A stretch of DNA of 64,000 nucleotides from the human T2T-CHM13v2.0 reference genome, Homo sapiens, in NCBI RefSeq assembly GCF_009914755.1, contig NC_060943.1; one strand, written 5' to 3'. Positions 48,963 to 64,000 of this stretch are shown here, piece after piece. Below the pieces are notes generated by a model. That model did not search any database and was not told the origin of the DNA. It saw nothing but the letters and a program-made list of their open reading frames with translations. Position numbers and translations under genes: made by a program. How positions within the stretch are numbered: the stretch's first letter is position 1; each line of letters begins with the position of its first letter.

Positions 48963-51034
48963 GAGATGGAGTCTTGCTCTGTCTCTTAGGCTGGAGTGCA
49001 GGGGCACGATCTCGGCTCACTTCAACCTCTGCCTCCTGGGCTCAAGTGATTCTCTTGCCTGAGCCTCCTGGAGTAGCTGGGATTATAGATGCGCCACCAC
49101 GCCTGGCTAAGTTTTGAATTTTTAGTAGAGATGTGGTTTCTCCACGTTGGCCAGGCTGGTCTCGAACTCCTGACCTCACATGATCCGCCCACCTCGGCCT
49201 CCCAAAGCGCTGGGATTACAGGTGTGAGCCACCTCACCCGGCCACTTTTTTTTTTTTCTTTTTTAATGAGACAAGGTCTCACCTATCATCTAGGCTACAA
49301 CGCAGAGGCACAATCACAGCCAACTGCAACCTTGAACACCTGGCTTCAGGCGATCCTCCCACCTCTGTGTCCCAAACTGCTGTGTGAGCCACTGTGCCCA
49401 GCCAAAAGCTGTTTTTCAATGGAGGACCAACATCTGAAAAGTACATTGACAAACTGAGGCTCTTATATGTTTAATTCAACGCCTACAGGGCAGTGGCAGT
49501 GGCTCACGCCTGTAATCCCAGCACTTTGGGAGGATGAGGCAGGAGGATGGCTTGAGGCCAACCTGGTCAACATAGTGAGACTCTGTCTTTACAAAACAAA
49601 TAAAATATTAGCTGGGTGTGCTGGCACGAGCCTGTAGTCCCAGCTACTCAGAAGGCTGAGGCGGGAGGATCACTTGGGCTAGGAGGTAGAGGCTGCAGTG
49701 AGCTATGATCGTGTCATTGCACTCCAGCCTGGGCAACAGAGCAAAGACCCTGTCTCTAAAAAATAAATAATAAATGTCTATGGACTGCACAATATTGTTG
49801 ATTCCTCAACTCCTCTCTTGCTCTTTTGCATATTGGCAACATAAAAAGTGTCATTTTCGGGCTGGGCACAGTGGCTCATGCCTGTCATCCCAGCACTTTG
49901 GGAGGCTGAGGTGGGTAGATCACTTGAGGTCAGGAGTTGGAGACCAGCCTGGCCAACATGGTGAAGCCCCGTCTCTACTAAAAATACAAAAATTAGCTGG
50001 GTATGGTGGTGGTGGAGGGGGGGCACCTGTAATCCCAGCTACTCAGGAGCCTGAGGCAGGAGAATAAATTGCTTGAACCTGGGAGGTGGAGGTTGCAGTG
50101 AGCTGAGATCGCGCCATTGCACTCTAGCCTGGGCGACAGAATGAGACTCTGACTGAAAAAAAAAAAAAAAAGAAAATGTCATTTTCAGAGGGCAAAGTGA
50201 GGAAGGTGCACCCTCAGGACATTCTTGCCTCAGCCTGGGGAAAGAGAGTTTAAGCAATTCCCCCAGAAAGGCACAGGAACCTCAGCCCAGAGAGGGGCAG
50301 CTTCCTGCCTCGGGTCAGGAAGCACAGCCTTGGGCTCCGAGAGTCCCTCGTCTCTACCTCCCCAAGTTCAAATGTGCATGCGTGAAGTTCCAAACCCAGC
50401 CCCAGTGCTAACCCCTGGCTGCCTCCTCTTTCTGACTTCTCAGGGAAAAAAAAAAAAACCACATACACACAAAAAATCCCACAAGTCAGGAAACATCCAT
50501 CACGGGCTGTCCAGCCCAGGCCGGAGGGGCAGGAGTCAGCAGGGAGGTGACCTCAAGGTCTCCGTGGGGACTAGGATCCGGCGGGGCTGGGGGTGAGAGG
50601 CTGGAAATTTTCCCACCCCGAGACTTTCCTGCGTCAACCCAGGAGGGCGCCCTGGATGCCGCCAGCCCTGCCCCCAACCTCCTTCCTCTCCTGACAGGGC
50701 AGCTTCCCGGCTAAGGATGGATGGGGAGGGTGTGCCAAGATGGAGCCACCAGGACCAGGAATGGACAGGCACTTTGAGATTGACCAGACGAGGGACCCTG
50801 GCTCAGAGTGGCGAAGGCCTGGCCTCAGAGCCACACAGCCAGGAGGTGTACATGGGTTGGCGTCGCTCCCAGCACATGCAGCCTCCCTCTACCTCCACTA
50901 CCCTGCCCAGGAGCTGGAGCCCAGCCCGGCCTTGGGTGTGTGAGAAGCCACTGGCCCGGGGCCCTGCTTCCCCGGTCCTTCCTCCCCACAACACACTCAG
51001 GACTCAGCCCTTCCTTGTGTTAAATAGAAACCTC

Positions 51035-51040
51035 TTTATT
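51035..51040 (-). terminator. EXOC3L2: EXOC3L2 polyadenylation signal AATAAA
   Basis: TTTATT on the + strand about 675 nt downstream of the stop codon. Confidence 0.8.
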
Positions 51041-51243
51041 CTAAGTATCGAACGTTCCTTAATACATTGGATTGGGGCCAGACCTTGAGGTGAGGGAAAG
51101 GGGCGGGGGAGCTGGGATATTTCTGTAGAGACTTCCAGAACGACACTCACCACTCTGGGCTATGGCAGGAGGGGAGGTGCTGGGAACAGGCTTCATGGCC
51201 TTGGGAAAATGCTTTGTCTCTTTGGCCTCTGTTTCCCCCTACC

Positions 51244-51543
51244 TTTTTTTTTTTTTTTTTTTTTTGAGAAAGGGTCTTGCTTTGTTGACCAGGCTGGAGT
51301 GCAGTGGCACAGTCATAGCTCACTGCAGCCTCGAACTCCAGTGATCCTCCAGCCTCAGCCTCACCAGTAGCTGGGACTACAGGCACACACCACCGTGCCC
51401 AGCTAATTTTTTATTTTTTGTAGAGATAGGGGGCAGGTCTCACTATGTTGCCCAGGCTGGTCTTGAACTCCTGGGCTCAAGCAATCCTCCGGCCTCAGCC
51501 TCCCAAAGTGTTGGGATTACAGGCATGAGCCACCGTGCCTGGC
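51244..51543 (-). mobile_element. Old (AluJ-like) Alu in the EXOC3L2 3' UTR, sense to the mRNA
   Basis: Alu consensus blocks, with an A22 tail on the minus strand (T-run 51244-51265). Confidence 0.9.
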
Positions 51544-51713
51544 GTTTGTTTCCCTTCTGTACAGGGAGTTTGGGGTTGGGTGAAAAGACATCTAAGGGTC
51601 TTTCTATCCCAGGGGTGTGTGGTCCCAGGCAGGGAGTCAGGAGGGGCGCCGTACGGGAGGTTGGCTTGTCAGCAGCATAGATGGGGTCACTAAGGCCGGC
51701 GGTTGGGTGACCC

Positions 51714-52002
51714 TCAGCGCTGGGCCCGAGGTCGCGCTAGAGACGGAGGCCGGGGCCGAGGCAGACAGGCCAAACTGGGCCTGGCCAGCCGGGAGAGGGG
51801 GAGGCGGCCCAGGAAGAGAGGGAGGCTGAGACAGAAAGATGGGCGGGGCACAGGGATGTCTGCAAAGAAGGCACGGTCCCGAGGGGGTGACAGGGCTCCC
51901 TCCTCAGAGAGTTCCAGGTCCCGGGCCACGGCCAGGATCTCCTGGCGGGCGGCTGTGTTGCGCAGGCCACGGATGTCGAGGAGGGCTGCCACGTGCTTCT
52001 GC
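51714..52002 (-). CDS. EXOC3L2: EXOC3L2 terminal coding exon (exocyst complex component 3-like 2)
   Basis: cacag|GCAGAAG..., encodes [12 protein letters not shown]...RPRAQR*, TGA at 51716-51714. Phases are consistent across all five exons. Confidence 0.94.
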
Positions 52003-52492
52003 CTGTGGGGAGAGGAACAGACAGGTGCATGCAGATCCCCAGCTCTAGACACACACCCAACCCACCCGTGGACCCCACCTGACCCCCTCACCTATCCCAG
52101 AAATTGCCTGAGTTCTGGGGCCTCTGTGTCCCCTCCAGAGCCTTCCCTCCAATCAGCTCCCTTGCCCAGGCCCTCACCTCATACCAGCTCCCTCCAGAAC
52201 TTCACTTCCAACCATCTCCAAATCCCCCTTACAACCAACCCCAGAACCAGCCCTGGGATCTTCCTTTTCACCCCAAGCCTCAGCTCGTGATTAAAATTCA
52301 CCTTCTCAGCTGGGTGCCGTGGCTCATGCCTGTAATCCCAGCACTTTGGGGGGCCAAGGCAGGCGGATCACCTGAGGTCAGGAGTTCGAGACCAGCCTGG
52401 CCAACATGGCGAAACCCTCTCTCTACTAAAAATACATTAAAAAAAAAAAAAAGCTGGGTGTGGTGGCAGGCGCTTGTAATCCTAGCTACTCA

Positions 52493-52663
<171 letters not shown>

Positions 52664-52915
52664 CTAATCTCAAGCTCAACCCCCTAAACCCAACCCAGCT
52701 AGCAAACTCTTAAACTTAGCTACAGATTCAAGTTCTGACTCATGATCCAATATTCAAGTTCAGAAACTCCACATCAGCAAGAATACTGGGACTTCTTGGG
52801 ACCCCATGGGACTCCAGGAATATGTGCCTTCCCAAGGACATGACCTTATCCCCCAGAATCAGAACTGACCACCCTGAATCAATTCCAGGACCCCCACCCT
52901 CAGTGCTGAAACTGA

Positions 52916-53491
<576 letters not shown>

Positions 53492-54717
53492 TAGCTTTAA
53501 TTATACCCCTTACTTATAGGCCAAGCGCAGTGGCTCACGCCTGTAATCTCAGCACTTTGGGAGGCAGAGGCAGGCGGATCACCTGAAGTCAGGAGCTCAA
53601 GACCAGTGTGGTCAACTTGGTGAAATCCCATCTCTACTAAAAATACAAAAATTAGCCGGGCGTGGTGGCACATGCCTATACTTGGGAGGCTGAGGCACAA
53701 TAATCTCTTGAACCCGGGAGGCAGAGGTTGCAGTGAGCTGAGATCACTGCACTTCAGCCTGGGCGACAAAGTGAGACTCTGTCTCAAAAAACAAAACAAA
53801 ACAAACAACAACAAAATACCCCTTATAAAGTTGGCATGGGCTGGGCAACGGTGGCTCACACTTCCCCATTCGTGGGAAGCCGAGGCAGGCAGATCACTTG
53901 AGCCCAGAAGTTCGAGACCAGCCTGGGCAACATGGTGAAACCCATCTCTGCAAAAAATACAAAAAATTAGCTGGGCATTGTGGTGCATGCCTGTGGTCCC
54001 AGCTACTCAGAAGGCTGAGGTGGGAGGGCTGCTTGAGCCCAGGAGGTCAAGGCTGCAGTGAACCGTGATTGTGCCACTGCACTCCAGCCAGGGAAACAGA
54101 GTGAGACCCTGTCTCAAAAAAAAAAGAAAAAAAGTTGGCATGTAAGATGCTTATTTAGGTCTGAAATAAGAACTCATTGAGTGAGAACTGGAATTGTTAC
54201 TATAGTCATGGATGATGATGATGATGATGATGATGATAAATTTCCCTAATAACCCTATGACGAGAATACTACTATCCCCATGGAACGGATGAGGAAACTG
54301 AGGCTCCGAGAAGGTCACCTACAAAGGAAGTGACCTGGCAGGAGTTGAATGCCGCCTGCGCCTGCCGCTGTCCCAGTGCGTGTGCGCCCGTGTGCCCTGC
54401 GTGTCCCTGAGTCCCCTGCGGCTCCCCTGCGGGCTGGCCCTTCCTGCCTCCGGGCAGCCCTGCGCCCCCCTGCCCTGGGCTTCCTGTGACCGCCTGTTTG
54501 TTTGTGAGCCCTGGTGGCGGTGGCGGCGGAGGCAGCAGCGGCGGCAGGAGAAGGAGGGAAATCTTATTAATAATGCCCTGGTTCCAGCAGGAAACGGCCG
54601 TCAGACACGCTCACCGGCTCCCTCCCTCAGGAGGCAGGAAGCACAGGGACGGATGCCAAGGCCGCCAGGAGACCTCGGCCAGGCACGGCGAGCCCTGGCC
54701 CAGGCGGGGTGTCTCAC

Positions 54718-54839
54718 CTGATGTCTGGGTAGTCGCGCACCAACACTCCCACCTCCACCTGGATGCTGGGCGTGTCTTCCAGCTGCATGACTTCAGCCAA
54801 ATGGGGCACCACGGCATCCAGCCACGAGGCCTGGGACTC
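54718..54839 (-). CDS. EXOC3L2: EXOC3L2 penultimate coding exon (122 nt)
   Basis: cag|GAGTCCCAG...GACATCAG|gtgaga, encodes [41 protein letters not shown] (Sec6-family YPD motif). Confidence 0.93.
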
Positions 54840-56172
54840 CTGCAGGGGAGGGAGGGTGCGGGGTCACACCCTCCCAAGATTGACCCTGCCAATTCCTGCC
54901 CCTCCTGGCTTGTTATACCATCTCTAAAATGTAGCAGAAACCAGGGGTGGTGGCTCAAGCCTGTAATCCCAGCACTTTGGGAGGAGGCCGAGGCGGGTGG
55001 ATCACTAGAGGTCAGGACATCGAGACCAACCTGGCCAGTATGGTGAAACCCCATCTCTACTAAAAATACAAAAATTAGCCAGGCGTGGTGGTGCACACCT
55101 GTAATCCCAACTACTCAGGAGGCTGAAGCAGGAGAATCACTTGAAATCGAGAGGCAGAGGTTACAGTGAGCGGAGACTGCACCACTGCACTCCAGCCTGG
55201 GTGACGGAGCGAGACTCTGTCTCAAAAATAAAGAATAAAAATAAAAATAAAAAATAAAATGTAGCAGAAGACATACTATGGCCACATTTGAGAAAAATCC
55301 ATAATATAATCTCCTCCCAGTTTTGCAGGTAATTTGGAACTCTGGGAAACATCTCCAAACCTCTTCCACGTCTGCAAAATCTTGCCTTTGCGGGGATGGA
55401 GACTGGACAAAGTGTACAAGGAAGCTCCCTGCATTCTTTCTTACATCTGCATGTGAATCTACAATTATCTCAAAAATTTTCCAAAGAAAACATTCCAAGG
55501 ACTCCGGGCTTGGAACTCCAAGAAGAGCGACTGAATGAGGCCCTTCCAGCCCAGCTGAATACAACTGGGTACAAATAAGATCTGGCGGTTTTTAATTCCA
55601 GGGTTTAGAAATGTTAGGATTTCTGTGTTTCTGTTGCATGTAGTTTCTCTGTACGTTCATGGAGTCTTTTTTTTCTTTTTTTTTTGAGACAGAGTCTCAC
55701 TCTGTCCTCCAGGCTGGAGTGTGGTGGCAGGATCTCGGCTCACTGCAACCTCCGCCTCTTAGTTCAAGCGATTCTCCTGCCTCAACCTCCCAAGTAGCTG
55801 GGATTACAGGCGTGAGCCACCACACCCGGATAATTTTGGTAATGCAAGGAGTTTTAACTCTGAGCCAGGCACTGTCCAAAGCACTTAACAGGAATTAACC
55901 AATCTGATCCTCAAAACAATGGATAGGGACCATTATTCGCCTTATTTAACAGCCGAGGAAAGCGCCCAGAGGCGAGTTCTCAGAGCAAGAAAGCCAGGTT
56001 TTAAGTGCAAAGGGTGTCGGTCAAAGTTACTGGTTGCTATTGACCCGAAGTTGGGTGAGAGTTTCTGTCCTGAGCTCTGCCCCTCTCCCCCTGGCTTTTG
56101 GGACCTGAGATTCTCGGAAGCCAAGCCTTGTCCTGGTTTCTGAAACACCCCCAACCGCGTCCCGACACTGAC

Positions 56173-56328
56173 CAGCCGCCGGAACAGCCTCTGCAGTTGC
56201 GCCGCGTCCTCCCGGAGCCTGCCGGCCACGCGGCTGCGGGTCCGCGCCGAGCTGCAGCGCAGGCGCCCACGGAGCAGGGGCCGCACGTACTCGACCAGCG
56301 CCCGCCGGTGTAGCTCGGCTACCAGCGC
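56173..56328 (-). CDS. EXOC3L2: EXOC3L2 coding exon (156 nt)
   Basis: cag|GCGCTGGTA...CGGCTG|gtcagt, encodes [52 protein letters not shown]. Confidence 0.93.
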
Positions 56329-56841
56329 CTGGAGGCGGAGGAGGGAAACCCGAGGGGTGTGAGCCATGCCCCACGGACTCCCATCCCGCCAGTCTGAAGG
56401 CCACCCCCGCCCCACTCGCCCACATCCACTCCGGGCACCCATGGGCACCCTTCCCGTGCCCACGCCCCAGTCCCCAGCCCCTGAGCTATCCTAGGATGCC
56501 TTCCCTGGCCCCCTAATTAGCCCGCGGACAGTCTCTGCCGGTCCCCAAAGGGTGCTCCATCCCAGCCTCTCCCCATTCCCCAAGCTCCACTCTCAGGGGC
56601 CCTGACTCAGTCTGCACCCCGCCTTACACCCCAGTTCCACGCACATGCCTCCCCGCAGACCCCGGGCAGGGGCCACCTCTCCCATCCACAGGGAGCCGCT
56701 CCCCACCTTAGAGGGGTTTCCTCCAGCAGGAGCGTTCTTGGCTCTCCCAACCTCCCAATCTCCCCTCTTCCCGTCCCTTTCCCCTTTCCTCCTCCCCTCT
56801 TTTCCCCCACCCCCACCTCCCCTCCCCTCAGGCAGGTGCAC

Positions 56842-56964
56842 CTGGTAAGGCTCGTCCTGCATTCTGCGCAGGGCCAGGGCCTGGGCACCCAGCGTGCCCA
56901 CGATGCCATCCAGGGCCTCCGGGCTGCTCAGCCACTTCCGGCGCATCAGCTTGTTGAAGTGTGG
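56842..56964 (-). CDS. EXOC3L2: EXOC3L2 coding exon (123 nt)
   Basis: cag|CCACACTTC...TACCAG|gtgcac, encodes [41 protein letters not shown]. Confidence 0.93.
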
Positions 56965-57444
56965 CTGGCAGGGACAGAGTAGGGGGTCACGCTCTCCTCC
57001 CTCCCACCCTCCCTCTTCACTTAGGAATAAGTTCCTGCAACCCTGCTCCGTGTTGAACCAGGGCTGTGCGGTGCTGGGAACACAAGGGGAAGAGATAGCC
57101 CCAGCCCTGGCATCCTTGGACTCACAGTCCAGAAGGGGAGAGAGACTGGTCCCCAGGTAGTGATGACCCAAAGCTGGCAAGGCTGGGACTCGGGAACCCA
57201 GGGGTTTAGGAAGCCCAGAGGGGATGCCTGACTCAGCATAGAGCCATGGAGGGCTTCCTGGAGGAGGGGACACCGGAACTGAGGCCCTGGTGATGATCTT
57301 CCTTAGCCAAGTGAGGGATGGGGGAGGGGGAGTGGCTCAATGGGAGAAAATAGTGAGTATTAAGAAAGTTCAGATTTCAGATGGGCATGTCAGGGAGAGG
57401 ACCAGCGAAAAGGTCAGTGTGGTTGATGAAAACAGGGGACTTCA

Positions 57445-57874
<430 letters not shown>

Positions 57875-58084
57875 TTAAAAATAATAAAAATTAGCTGGGT
57901 ATGGTGTCATGTGCCTGTAGTCCCAGCTACTCAGAAGGCTGAGGTGGGAGGATGGCTTGAGCCCAGGAGTTCAGGCTGCAGTGAAATATGATCATGATAC
58001 TGCACTCCAGCCTGGGTAACAGAGGGAGGCCCCGTCTCAAAAAAAAAAAAAAAAAAAAAGAGAAAAAGTAAGAACTTTAAGACA

Positions 58085-59204
<1,120 letters not shown>

Positions 59205-60217
59205 TTAAACCAAGATTGGGCCTTTCGAAGTGTGTGTTTTGGGGGTGAGGGAAGCTGTGCGACCCTGAAGCTGGCATTGGGGTTTATTCCAGGCATAAGA
59301 CAGGGAGGGGAGAGGTGAGGCTGGGGCAGGGCTGGATTGCACATGGCCTCCTGGGCTTGGGGAGAAGCCCCAGCTTTCTCCTGAGGGCACTAGGCAGCCA
59401 TGGCCAGTTTGAGCTGGGGAGGGAGAGGGTCAGATTTGTGCTTTACCGAGATGGGAGGAGACGAGACTGAGGTAGAAATGATGGAGGAGGCTGGAAAAAA
59501 GGGGAAAGTGGAGATAGGGAGGGGATGAAAGGGGGTGAGGAAGGGGAAGAGGAGAATCCAAGTGGTAGAATTCATAGGATGAAGTGAGTGACCACCACCT
59601 GTGGGGAGGGAAGGGAGGTATCTGGAGGACACCAGAGACCCTGGAGATGGGCAGGCCGTGGGTCTCTCCCTGAGACAGGGGCGGGGGGAGGGTCGGGGGA
59701 GAGGCTGCAGTCTGGGTAGACACAGGGCATGTGAAGTTCGGAGATATCCCCAAGATGGTATCCATGGGAGGGCGTCTAATTCCCTCTTCAGCTCAGCCTC
59801 AGCACCTGCTCTCTCACCCTGACAGCAGCCCAGTTTTCTTTTTTGTTTTTTTGTGGTTTTTTTTTTTTGAAAGATAGGGTCTCACTATATTGCCCAGGCT
59901 GGTGTTGAACTGCTGAACTCAAGCAATCCTCCCACCTCACAGCCTCCCAAAGTGCTGGGATTACAGGTGAGAGCCACCATGTCTAATGTGTTGCTGGGTT
60001 TTGTTTGTTTGTTTTGAGACGGAATCTCGCTCTGTCGCCAGGCTAGGGTGCAGTGGCGCGATCTTGGCTCACTGCAACTTCTGCCTCCCAGTCAAGTGAT
60101 TCTCCTGCCTACTCTCCTGAGTAGCTGGGGCTACAGGCACGTGCCACCATGCCCGGCTAATTTTTGCATTTTTAGTAGAGATGGGGTTTCACCGTGTTGG
60201 CCAGGATGGTCTCTTGA

Positions 60218-61161
<944 letters not shown>

Positions 61162-61312
61162 TGATGTCTCTCCCTCTGTCCCTCTGTCCCAGTCTCTCTC
61201 CTTTCCTTCCTCCCTCACCTATCTTGTTTTCTCAGTCTCTCCCTGTTTCTTTTGCTTCTGCTCTCTCTGTCTGTGTCTCTCTCTCCCTCAAAACATACAT
61301 AGTGGTTTATAA

Positions 61313-61402
61313 GGCCAGGCACAGTGGCTCATGCCTGTAATCCCAGCCTGGGTGACAGAGCAAGACTCTGTCTCAAAAACAATTTAACAAAAACAAAAAA
61401 GC
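61313..61402 (+). mobile_element. Internally deleted mini-Alu with a 21-bp TSD
   Basis: The first 35 nt of Alu are fused at CCAGC to the Alu 3' end plus A-tail. AAACATACATAGTGGTTTATA occurs at 61291 and 61403. Confidence 0.88.
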
Positions 61403-61590
61403 AAACATACATAGTGGTTTATAGACTAAGACCGTAGATTCGCAATGGGCTTTGCCACTTGCTGGTCTCATCTTCCTCACCTGTAAAATGAATCTACAAC
61501 CCATCTCATAGGATTGCAGTGAGAATTAAACGAGCCGATACTCTCAAGCACCTGGCACAGTGAGTCCTGAGAATGTGTTTGCTGTTGCTA

Positions 61591-61812
<222 letters not shown>

Positions 61813-61981
61813 TCACGAGGTCAAGAGATCGAGACCATCCTGGCCGACATGGTGAAACCCCGTCTCTACTAAAAATACAAAAATTAGCATGGTGGCGTGG
61901 TGGCAACCGCTATAGCATGGCAGGTGGCAGTAAGTGCTTTGGAGAAAAATAGCAGGGAGTCGGGAGGGGGGTTTGGTCTAG

Positions 61982-62267
<286 letters not shown>

Positions 62268-62314
62268 TGAGCCACCGCACCCAGTCAGAGCTTCTGTTTT
62301 AAATGGGGCAATCA

Positions 62315-63007
<693 letters not shown>

Positions 63008-63422
63008 TTACGGCCAGGAACACACTCCCCCTGCAGTCTCTCTCCTCAGTGCTCCCACCCCCCTACCACATTCACTCACCCACCTTTGCACCGAACCCCT
63101 ATAGGGCGGGCACGAGGACCAGGAGATGGGTGTATGGGGCTCTGGGGTCTAGGAGAGCCTGAGCAGGGATCTGGGGGACCTCAGTGGGGAGGGGCTCCAT
63201 CCAAACCTCAAGCCCCCTCCTGCTGATGGCCCTCTGTTATCCCGGTGGGTGCACCCTCTCCACTCCACCAACAGCCCAGGCATGGCCTTAACTGCCCCTG
63301 CCCCCCGCCCCTGTCTGCTTCCCAAACACTGAGCCATGGGCTAAAAGGAACTGGAGGATGGTGGGGGGCAGCGCTTCCCTGTCCTGGCATGGGCCCCAAC
63401 CCTGGCCTCCCACCTCACTCAC

Positions 63423-63558
63423 CTGCAGCTCCTGGAACAGCAGGTTGGCCACGACACGGTGGCAGAGCCGGGTCACATGGTCCAGAGCACTAGCAGATGC
63501 TTCCCGGGCCGGCTCGCTTTCTGGGGGCCCCACCCGGGCCAGGCGCTCGGCCAGAGCT
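63423..63558 (-). CDS. EXOC3L2: EXOC3L2 internal coding exon (136 nt); upstream exons lie beyond the window
   Basis: cacag|AGCTCTGGCC...CTGCAG|gtgagt, encodes [45 protein letters not shown] (Sec6-like). Confidence 0.93.
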
Positions 63559-64000
63559 CTGTGGGGATCAACAGAGCCAAAACTGAGGGACCCCAACATC
63601 TCAGCCCAACTGCCTAGGCCTGTCTTCCCTTAGGTAGATCAGAGGGGCACAGGGGTGACAGGTCAGATGGGGGGCTGAGAAAGGTCAGGGACTCTGGAGA
63701 GGGGTCAGGGGATGCTTGACAGGTTGGGGGTGTCTGGGGATTGGGGTGTCTGGGGACGTCAGGGGACTCATGGATGTTGGGGGGCTGAGGGATGGCTAGG
63801 AGGTCTAGGGTATATTGGGGGAGGGAAGGGGGGTCTCTCTGTGTCTTCGGGTCTCAGTTTCTCTTGGTGCTTTCTGGGTGAGAGTGTGGAGGCCTCCATT
63901 CTAAAAGTCTGTGGTTCTTTTTTTTTTTTTTGAGACGGAGTCTCGCTCTGTCACCCAGGCTGCAGTGCAGTGGTGCCATCTTGGCTCACTGTAAGTTCCG

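Noticed and set aside
54500-54522. Possible CTCF site GAGCCCTGGTGGCGG
   Set aside because: It mismatches the GCGCCCCC half of the core and is too weak to call.

Overview
Human-type (primate) genomic DNA from the gene-dense, Alu-saturated chr19q13.32 locus. Neither the assembly nor the haplotype can be determined from the sequence alone. Genes: (1) complete TRAPPC6A on the minus strand, with 6 coding exons that splice to 480 nt (159 aa + stop) and an alternative exon-1 donor adding 14 aa; (2) BLOC1S3 on the plus strand, with a single coding exon (202 aa), head-to-head with TRAPPC6A on a shared CpG-island promoter; (3) the last five coding exons and 3' UTR of EXOC3L2 on the minus strand. About 100 Alu copies or fragments (counted by eye), old L1, MaLR LTR, Tigger-type and MIR/L2 relics fill the rest, and most ORFs in the track are Alu-derived or GC-rich noise. 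No prokaryote-type systems (CRISPR, rRNA, tRNA) are present, and I see no new multi-gene system. The most noteworthy observations are: a thrice-repeated CCAAT + E-box (CLEAR/M-box-type) module in the bidirectional promoter of two pigmentation/lysosome-related-organelle genes; a 422-bp, near-identical, non-tandem duplication in TRAPPC6A intron 1; a TSD-bounded retrocopied 3'-UTR-like fragment in an EXOC3L2 intron; an AG|GTAAGT recursive-splice-like site at the last TRAPPC6A exon; and a long (TTTTA)n Alu-tail repeat.
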